Shown here one piece after another: positions 1-9,796 of a stretch of 33,472 nt of DNA. The DNA lies in the NCBI GenBank assembly GCA_043228905.1, contig JBHGNT010000336.1:1-33472 (forward strand), in the 5' to 3' direction. Origin of the DNA: Azolla caroliniana (lineage: Eukaryota; Plantae; Polypodiophyta). Position numbers and translations under genes: made by a program. Below the pieces are notes generated by a model. That model searched no databases, was not told the origin of the DNA, and saw only the letters and a program-made list of their open reading frames with translations. The stretch's first letter is position 1. Each line of letters opens with the position of its first letter.

Positions 1-2848
1 AGCGTTGTTAGCTTCGATTCGCATGTTTGAACACAAAAATCCGATATCACACGACCCAGGTATGAACATTTTAATTTATCTACTAGCTCTTCCCAACTCA
101 CTCCTCAAATTTGGTAATTTCGTGATTTCTCTCGACCTGAGTTTCCAAATCTTCATTTTTTAAATCCATATCATACCTAGCGTTGTTAGCTTCACTTCGC
201 ATGTTTGAACACAAAACTCCGATATCACACAACCCAGGTATGACCATTTTAATTTACCTACTAGCTCTTCCCAACTCACTCCTCAAATTTGGTTATTTCG
301 TCATGTCTCTCGACCTGAGTTTGAAAATCTTGATTTTTTAATTCCATATCATAGCTAGTGTTGTTAGCTTCGATTCGCATGTTTGAACACAAAAATCCGA
401 TATCACACTCGTTAAGTATGAACATTTTAATTTACCTACTAGCTCTTCCCAACTCACTCGTAAAATTTGGTAATTTCGTCATGTCTCTCGACCTGAGTTT
501 CAAAATCTTGATTTTTTAATTCCATATCATAGCTAGCGTTGTTAGCTTCGAATCGAATGTTTGAACACAAAAATCCGATATCACACGACCCAGGTATGAA
601 CATTTTAATTTACCTACTAGCTCTTCTAAACTCACTCCTCAAATTTGGTAATTTCGTCATGACTCTCGACCTGAGTTTCAAAATCTTGATTTTTTAATTC
701 CATATCATAGCTAGTGTTGTTAGCTTCGATTCGCATGTTTGAACACAAAAATCCGATATCACACGACCCAGGTATGAACATTTTAATTTATCTACTAGCT
801 CTTCCCAACTCACTCCTCAAATTTGGTAATTTCGTGATTTCTCTCGACCTGAGTTTCCAAATCTTCATTTTTTAAATCCATATCATACCTAGCGTTGTTA
901 GCTTCACTTCGCATGTTTGAACACAAAAATCCGATATCACACAACCCAGGTATGACCATTTTAATTTACCTACTAGCTCTTCCCAACTCACTCCTCAAAT
1001 TTGGTTATTTCGTCATGTCTCTCGACCTGAGTTTGAAAATCTTGATTTTTTAATTCCATATCATAGCTAGTGTTGTTAGCTTCGATTCGCATGTTTGAAC
1101 ACAAAAATCCGATATCACACTCGTTAAGTATGAACATTTTAATTTACCTACTAGCTCTTCCCAACTCACTCGTAAAATTTGGTAATTTCGTCATGTCTCT
1201 CGACCTGAGTTTCAAAATCTTGATTTTTTAATTCCATATCATAGCTAGCGTTGTTAGCTTCGAATCGAATGTTTGAACACAAAAATCCGATATCACACGA
1301 CCCAGGTATGAACATTTTAATTTACCTACTAGCTCTTCTAAACTCACTCCTCAAATTTGGTAATTTCGTCATGACTCTCGACCTGAGTTTCAAAATCTTC
1401 ATTTTTTAATTCCATATCATAGCTAGTGTTGTTAGCTTCGATTCGCATGTTTGAACACAAAAATCCGATATCACACGACCCAGGTATGAACATTTTAATT
1501 TATCTACTAGCTCTTCCCAACTCACTCCTCAAATTTGGTAATTTCGTGATTTCTCTCGACCTGAGTTTCCAAATCTTCATTTTTTAAATCCATATCATAC
1601 CTAGCGTTGTTAGCTTCACTTCGCATGTTTGAACACAAAACTCCGATATCACACAACCCAGGTATGACCATTTTAATTTACCTACTAGCTCTTCCCAACT
1701 CACTCCTCAAATTTGGTTATTTCGTCATGTCTCTCGACCTGAGTTTGAAAATCTTGATTTTTTAATTCCATATCATAGCTAGTGTTGTTAGCTTCGATTC
1801 GCATGTTTGAACACAAAAATCCGATATCACACTCGTTAAGTATGAACATTTTAATTTACCTACTAGCTCTTCCCAACTCACTCGTAAAATTTGGTAATTT
1901 CGTCATGTCTCTCGACCTGAGTTTCAAAATCTTGATTTTTTAATTCCATATCATAGCTAGCGTTGTTAGCTTCGAATCGAATGTTTGAACACAAAAATCC
2001 GATATCACACGACCCAGGTATGAACATTTTAATTTACCTACTAGCTCTTCTAAACTCACTCCTCAAATTTGGTAATTTCGTCATGACTCTCGACCTGAGT
2101 TTCAAAATCTTGATTTTTTAATTCCATATCATAGCTAGTGTTGTTAGCTTCGATTCGCATGTTTGAACACAAAAATCCGATATCACACGACCCAGGTATG
2201 AACATTTTAATTTATCTACTAGCTCTTCCCAACTCACTCCTCAAATTTGGTAATTTCGTGATTTCTCTCGACCTGAGTTTCCAAATCTTCATTTTTTAAA
2301 TCCATATCATACCTAGCGTTGTTAGCTTCACTTCGCATGTTTGAACACAAAAATCCGATATCACACAACCCAGGTATGACCATTTTAATTTACCTACTAG
2401 CTCTTCCCAACTCACTCCTCAAATTTGGTTATTTCGTCATGTCTCTCGACCTGAGTTTGAAAATCTTGATTTTTTAATTCCATATCATAGCTAGTGTTGT
2501 TAGCTTCGATTCGCATGTTTGAACACAAAAATCCGATATCACACTCGTTAAGTATGAACATTTTAATTTACCTACTAGCTCTTCCCAACTCACTCGTAAA
2601 ATTTGGTAATTTCGTCATGTCTCTCGACCTGAGTTTCAAAATCTTGATTTTTTAATTCCATATCATAGCTAGCGTTGTTAGCTTCGAATCGAATGTTTGA
2701 ACACAAAAATCCGATATCACACGACCCAGGTATGAACATTTTAATTTACCTACTAGCTCTTCTAAACTCACTCCTCAAATTTGGTAATTTCGTCATGACT
2801 CTCGACCTGAGTTTCAAAATCTTCATTTTTTAATTCCATATCATAGCT
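1..2848. repeat. 4-monomer higher-order repeat (712 bp x4), organised as an 8-mer (1,424 bp x2)
   Basis: Monomer types cycle A-B-C-D four times. A: GTGATTTC/TTTCCAAA/TAAATCC. B: CTTCACTT/GGTTATT/TTTGAAAA. C: TCGTTAAG/CGTAAAA. D: CGAATCGAA/TTCTAAAC/CATGACTC. AAAACTCC is present in B at 179 and 1603 but not 891 and 2315. D carries CTTGAT at 535 and 1959 but CTTCAT at 1247 and 2671. Confidence 0.93.
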
Positions 2849-5340
2849 AGTGTTGTTAGCTTCGATTCGCATGTTTGAACACAAAAATCCGATATCACAT
2901 GACCCAGGTATGACCATTTTAATTTATCTACTAGCTCTTCCCAACTCACTCTTCATATTTGGTAATTTCGTCATGTCTCTCCACCTGAGTTTCAAAATCT
3001 TGATTTTTTAATTCCATATCATACCTAGCGTTGTTAGCTTCGATTCGCATGTTTGAACACAAAAATCCGATATCACACAACCTAGGTATGACCATTTTAA
3101 TTTACCTACTAGCTCTTCCCAACTCACTCGTAAAATTTGGTAATTTCGTCATGTCTCTCGACCTGAGTTTCAAAATCTTGATTTTTTAATTCCATATCAT
3201 AGCTAGTGTTGTTAGCTTCGATTCGCATGTTTGAACACAAAATTCCGATATCACATGACCCAGGTATGAACATTTTAATTTATCTACTAGCTCTTCCCAA
3301 CTCACTCCTCAAATTTGGTTATTTCGTCATGTCTCTCGACCTGAGTTTCAAAATCTTCATTTTTTAATTCCATATCATAGCTAGCGTTGTTAGCTTCACT
3401 TCGCATGTTTGAACACAAAAATCCGATATCACACAACCCAGGTATGACCATTTTAATTTACCTACTAGCTCTTCTAAACTCACTCCTCAAATTTGGTAAT
3501 TTCGTCATGACTCTCGACCTGAGTTTCAAAATCTTGATTTTTTAATTCCATATCATAGCTAGCGTTGTTAGCTTCGAATCGCATGTTTGAACACAAAAAT
3601 CCGATATCACACGACCCAGGTATGAACATTTTAATTTTCCTACTAGCTCTTCCCAACTCACTCCTCAAATTTGGTAATTTCGTGATTTCTCTCGACCTGA
3701 GTTTCCAAATCTTCATTTTTTAAATCCATATCATACCTAGCGTTGTTAGCTTCACTTCGCATGTTTGAACACAAAAATCCGATATCACACAACCCAGGTA
3801 TGACCATTTTAATTTACCTACTAGCTCTTCCCAACTCACTCCTCAAATTTGGTTATTTCGTCATGTCTCTCGACCTGAGTTTGAAAATCTTGATTTTTTA
3901 ATTCCAGATCATAGCTAGTGTTGTTAGCTTCGATTCGCATGTTTGAACACAAAAATCCGATATCACACGACCCAGGTATGACCATTTTAATTTACCTACT
4001 ACCTCTTCCCAACTCACTCGTAAAATTTGGTAATTTCGTCATGTCTCTCGACCTGAGTTTCAAAATCTTGATTTTTTAATTCCATATCATAGCTAGCGTT
4101 GTTAGCTTCGAATCGCATGTTTGAACACAAAAATCCGATATCACACGACCCAGGTATGAACATTTTAATTTTCCTACTAGCTCTTCCCAACTCACTCCTC
4201 AAATTTGGTAATTTCGTCATGACTCTCGACCTGAGTTTCAAAATCTTCATTTTTTAATTCCATATCATAGCTAGTGTTGTTAGCTTCGATTCGCATGTTT
4301 GAACACAAAAATCCGATATCACATGACCCAGGTTTGACCATTTTAATTTATCTACTAGCTCTTCCCAACTCACTCTTCATATTTGGTAATTTCGTCATGT
4401 CTCTCCACCTGAGTTTCAAAATCTTGATTTTTTAATTCCATATCATACCTAGCGTTGTTAGCTTCGATTCGCATGTTTGAACACAAAAATCCGATATCAC
4501 ACAACCCAGGTATGACCATTTTAATTTACCTACTAGCTCTTCCCAACTCACTCGTAAAATTTGGTAATTTCGTCATGTCTCTCGACCTGAGTTTCAAAAT
4601 CTTGATTTTTTAATTCCATATCATAGCTAGCGTTGTTAGCTTCGATTCGCATGTTTGAACACAAAAATCCGATATCACACTCGTTAGGTATGAACATTTT
4701 AATTTTCCTACTAGTTCTTCCCAACTCACTCCTCAAATTTGGTAATTTCGTCATGTCTCTCGACCTGAGTTTCCAAATCTTGATTTTTTAATTCCATATC
4801 ATAGCTAGCGTTGTTAGCTTCGATTCGCATGTTTGAACACAAAATTCCGATATCACATGACCCAGGTATGAACATTTTAATTTATCTACTAGCTCTTCCC
4901 AACTCGCTCCTCAAATTTGGTTATTTCGTCATGTCTCTCGACCTGAGTTTCAAAATCTTGATTTTTTATTTCCATATCATAGCTAGCGTTGTTAGCTTCG
5001 ATTCGCATGTTTGAACACAAAAATCCGATATCACACGACCCAAGTATGAACATTTTAATTTATCTACTAGCTCTTCCCAACTCACTCCTCAAATTTGGTT
5101 ATTTCGTCATGTCTCTCGACCTGAGTTTGAAAATCTTGATTTTTTAATTCCAGATCATAGCTAGTGTTGTTAGCTTCGATTCGCATGTTTGAACACAAAA
5201 ATCCGATCTCACACGACCCAAGTATGAACATTTTAATTTATCTACTAGCTCTTCCCAACTCACTCCTCAAATTTGGTAATTTCGTCATGTCTCTCGACCT
5301 GAGTTTGAATATCTTGATTTTTTAATTCCATATCATAGCT

Positions 5341-5522
5341 AGCGTTGTTTGTTAGCTTCACTTCGCATGTTTGAACACAAAAATCCGATATCACACGACC
5401 CAGGTATAACCATTTTAATTTACCTACTAGCTCTTCCCAACTCACTCCTCAAATTTGGTAATTTCGTCATGTCTCTCGACCTGAGTTTCAAAATCTTGAT
5501 TTTTTAATTCCATATCATAGCT
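5341..5522. repeat. 182-bp length-variant monomer (4-bp TTGT duplication); copies start at 5341, 10865, 12115, 17639, 19779, 25302 and 27442
   Basis: AGCGTTGTTTGTTAGC versus consensus AGCGTTGTTAGC. Always linked to CTTCACTT and GGTATAACC, and preceded by a TTGAATAT monomer. Confidence 0.95.
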
Positions 5523-5878
5523 AGCGTTGTTAGCTTCGATTCGCATGTTTGAACACAAAAATCCGATATCACATGACCCAGGTATGACCATTTTAATTTA
5601 TCTACTAGCTCTTCCCAACTCACTCTTCATATTTGGTAATTTCGTCATGTCTCTCCACCTGAGTTTCAAAATCTTGATTTTGTAATTCCATATCATACCT
5701 AGCGTTGTTAGCTTCGATTCGCATGTTTGAACACAAAAATCCGATATCACACAACCCAGGTATGAACATTTTAATTTATCTACTACCTCTTCCCAACTCA
5801 CTCCTCAAATTTGGTAATTTCGTCATTTCTCTCGACCTGAGTTTCAAAATCTTGATTTTTTAATTCCATATCATAGCT

Positions 5879-6057
5879 AGCGTTGTTAGCTTCGATTCGC
5901 ATGTTTGAACACAAAAATCCGATATCACACAACCCAGGTATGAACATTTTAATTTATCTACTACCTCTTCCCACCCTCACTCCTCAAATTTGGTAATTTC
6001 GTCATTTCTCTCGACCTGAGTTTCAAAATCTTGATTTTTTAATTCCATAGCATAGCT
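5879..6057. repeat. 179-bp length-variant monomer (+1); copies start at 5879, 8728, 12653, 15502 and 23165
   Basis: CCCACCCTCAC versus consensus CCCAACTCAC. The downstream monomer register shifts by +1 after each copy. Confidence 0.93.
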
Positions 6058-9000
6058 AGTGTTCTTAGCTTCGATTCCCATGTTTGAACACAAAAATCTG
6101 ATATCACACTCGCCAGGTATGAACATTTTAATTTATCTACTAGCTCTTCCCAACTCACTCCTCAAATTTGGTTATTTCGTCATGTCTCTCGACCTGAGTT
6201 TGAAAATCTTGATTTTTTAATTCCAGATCATAGCTAGTGTTGTTAGCTTCGATTCGCATGTTTGAACACAAAAATCCGATATCACACGACCCAGGTATGA
6301 CCATTTTAATTTACCTACTAGCTCTTCCCAACTCACTCGTAAAATTTGGTAATTTCGTCATGTCTCTCGACCTGAGTTTCAAAATCTTGATTTTTTAATT
6401 CCAGATCATAGCTAGTGTTGTTAGCTTCGATTCGCATGTTTGAACACAAAAATCCGATATCACACGACCCAAGTATGAACATTTTAATTTATCTACTAGC
6501 TCTTCCCAACTCACTCCTCAAATTTGGTAATTTGGTCATGTCTGTCGACCTGAGTTTCAAAATCTTGATTTTTTAATTCCATATCATAGCTAGCGTTGTT
6601 AGCTTCGATTCGCATCTTTGAACACAAAAATCCGATATCACACGACCCAGGTATGAACATTTTTATTTACCTACTAGCTCTTCTAAACTCACTCCTCAAA
6701 TTTGGTAATTTCGTCATGACTCTCGACCTGAGTTTCAAAATCTTGATTTTTTAATTCCATATCATAGCTAGTGTTGTTAGCTTCGATTCGCATGTTTGAA
6801 CACAAAAATCCGATATCACACTCGTTAAGTATGAACATTTTAATTTACCTACTAGCTCTTCCCAACTCACTCCTCAAATTTGGTAATTTCGTCATTTCTC
6901 TCGACCTGAGTTTCAAAATCTTGATTTTTTAATTCCATATCATAGCTAGCGTTGTTAGATTCGATTCGCATGTTTGAACACAAAAATCCGATATCACACG
7001 ACCCAGGTATGAACATTTTAATTTATCTACTAGCTCTTCCCAACTCACTCCTCAAATTTGGTAATTTCGTGATTTCTCTCGACCTGAGTTTCCAAATCTT
7101 CATTTTTTAAATCCATATCATACCTAGCGTTGTTAGCTTCACTTCGCATGTTTGAACACAAAACTCCGATATCACACAACCCAGGTATGACCATTTTAAT
7201 TTACCTACTAGCTCTTCCCAACTCACTCCTCAAATTTGGTTATTTCGTCATGTCTCTCGACCTGAGTTTGAAAATCTTGATTTTTTAATTCCATATCATA
7301 GCTAGTGTTGTTAGCTTCGATTCGCATGTTTGAACACAAAAATCCGATATCACACTCGTTAAGTATGAACATTTTAATTTACCTACTAGCTCTTCCCAAC
7401 TCACTCGTAAAATTTGGTAATTTCGTCATGTCTCTCGACCTGAGTTTCAAAATCTTGATTTTTTAATTCCATATCATAGCTAGCGTTGTTAGCTTCGAAT
7501 CGAATGTTTGAACACAAAAATCCGATATCACACGACCCAGGTATGAACATTTTAATTTACCTACTAGCTCTTCTAAACTCACTCCTCAAATTTGGTAATT
7601 TCGTCATGACTCTCGACCTGAGTTTCAAAATCTTCATTTTTTAATTCCATATCATAGCTAGTGTTGTTAGCTTCGATTCGCATGTTTGAACACAAAAATC
7701 CGATATCACACGACCCAGGTATGAACATTTTAATTTATCTACTAGCTCTTCCCAACTCACTCCTCAAATTTGGTAATTTCGTGATTTCTCTCGACCTGAG
7801 TTTCCAAATCTTCATTTTTTAAATCCATATCATACCTAGCGTTGTTAGCTTCACTTCGCATGTTTGAACACAAAAATCCGATATCACACAACCCAGGTAT
7901 GACCATTTTAATTTACCTACTAGCTCTTCCCAACTCACTCCTCAAATTTGGTTATTTCGTCATGTCTCTCGACCTGAGTTTGAAAATCTTGATTTTTTAA
8001 TTCCAGATCATAGCTAGTGTTGTTAGCTTCGATTCGCATGTTTGAACACAAAAATCCGATATCACACGACCCAGGTATGACCATTTTAATTTACCTACTA
8101 GCTCTTCCCAACTCACTCGTAAAATTTGGTAATTTCGTCATGTCTCTCGACCTGAGTTTCAAAATCTTGATTTTTTAATTCCATATCATAGCTAGCGTTG
8201 TTAGCTTCGATTCGCATGTTTGAACACAAAATTCCGATATCACACAACCCAGCTATGACCATTTTAATTTACCTACTAGCTCTTCTAAACTCACTCCTCA
8301 AATTTGGTAATTTCGTCATGACTCTCGACCTGAGTTTCAAAATCTTCATTTTTTAATTCCATATCATAGCTAGTGTTGTTAGCTTCGATTCGCATGTTTG
8401 AACACAAAAATCCGATATCACATGACCCAGGTATGACCATTTTAATTTATCTACTAGCTCTTCCCAACTCACTCTTCATATTTGGTAATTTCGTCATGTC
8501 TCTCCACCTGAGTTTCAAAATCTTGATTTTTTAATTCCATATCATACCTAGCGTTGTTAGCTTCGATTCGCATGTTTGAACACAAAAATCCGATATCACA
8601 CAACCTAGGTATGACCATTATAATTTACCTACTAGCTCTTCCCAACTCACTCGTAAAATTTGGTAATTTCGTCATTTCTCTCGACCTGAGTTTCAAAATC
8701 TTGATTTTTTAATTCCATATCATAGCTAGCGTTGTTAGCTTCGATTCGCATGTTTGAACACAAAAATCCGATATCACACAACCCAGGTATGAACATTTTA
8801 ATTTATCTACTACCTCTTCCCACCCTCACTCCTCAAATTTGGTAATTTCGTCATTTCTCTCGACCTGAGTTTCAAAATCTTGATTTTTTAATTCCATAGC
8901 ATAGCTAGTGTTCTTAGCTTCGATTCCCATGTTTGAACACAAAAATCTGATATCACACTCGCCAGGTATGAACATTTTAATTTATCTACTAGCTCTTCCC

Positions 9001-9796
9001 AACTCACTCCTCAAATTTGGTTATTTCGTCATGTCTCTCGACCTGAGTTTGAAAATCTTGATTTTTTAATTCCAGATCATAGCTAGTGTTGTTAGCTTCG
9101 ATTCGCATGTTTGAACACAAAAATCCGATATCACACGACCCAGGTATGACCATTTTAATTTACCTACTAGCTCTTCCCAACTCACTCGTAAAATTTGGTA
9201 ATTTCGTCATGTCTCTCGACCTGAGTTTCAAAATCTTGATTTTTTAATTCCAGATCATAGCTAGTGTTGTTAGCTTCGATTCGCATGTTTGAACACAAAA
9301 ATCCGATATCACACGACCCAAGTATGAACATTTTAATTTATCTACTAGCTCTTCCCAACTCACTCCTCAAATTTGGTAATTTGGTCATGTCTGTCGACCT
9401 GAGTTTCAAAATCTTGATTTTTTAATTCCATATCATAGCTAGCGTTGTTAGCTTCGATTCGCATCTTTGAACACAAAAATCCGATATCACACGACCCAGG
9501 TATGAACATTTTTATTTACCTACTAGCTCTTCTAAACTCACTCCTCAAATTTGGTAATTTCGTCATGTCTCTCGACCTGAGTTTCAAAATCTTGATTTTT
9601 TAATTCCATATCATAGCTAGCGTTGTTAGCTTCGAATCGCATGTTTGAACACAAAAATCCGATATCACACGACCCAGGTATGAACATTTTAATTTTCCTA
9701 CTAGCTCTTCCCAACTCACTCCTCAAATTTGGTAATTTCGTCATGACTCTCGACCTGAGTTTCAAAATCTTCATTTTTTAATTCCATATCATAGCT

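Noticed and set aside
118-137. CENP-B-box-like motif around TTTCGTCATGTCTCTCGACC
   Set aside because: Only TTCG matches. The canonical NTTCGNNNNANNCGGGN needs the internal A and CGGG, and no CGGG/CCCG is seen in the monomer.
146-163. Rho-independent terminator or bacterial operator at AAAATC-TT-GATTTT followed by a T-run
   Set aside because: The stem is weak and AT-rich with a 2-nt loop, and there is no gene context. It is simply part of the satellite monomer.
1-178. Tandem 5S rRNA, tRNA, snRNA or spliced-leader gene array
   Set aside because: I found no recognisable 5S, tRNA cloverleaf, A/B-box or Sm-site sequence on either strand. An Rfam/Infernal scan would settle this.
1-178. Identity with Arabidopsis thaliana CEN178/CEN180
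   Set aside because: Only the length is shared. I do not recognise CEN178 sequence hallmarks, such as the HindIII-containing AAGCTT segments, in this monomer.
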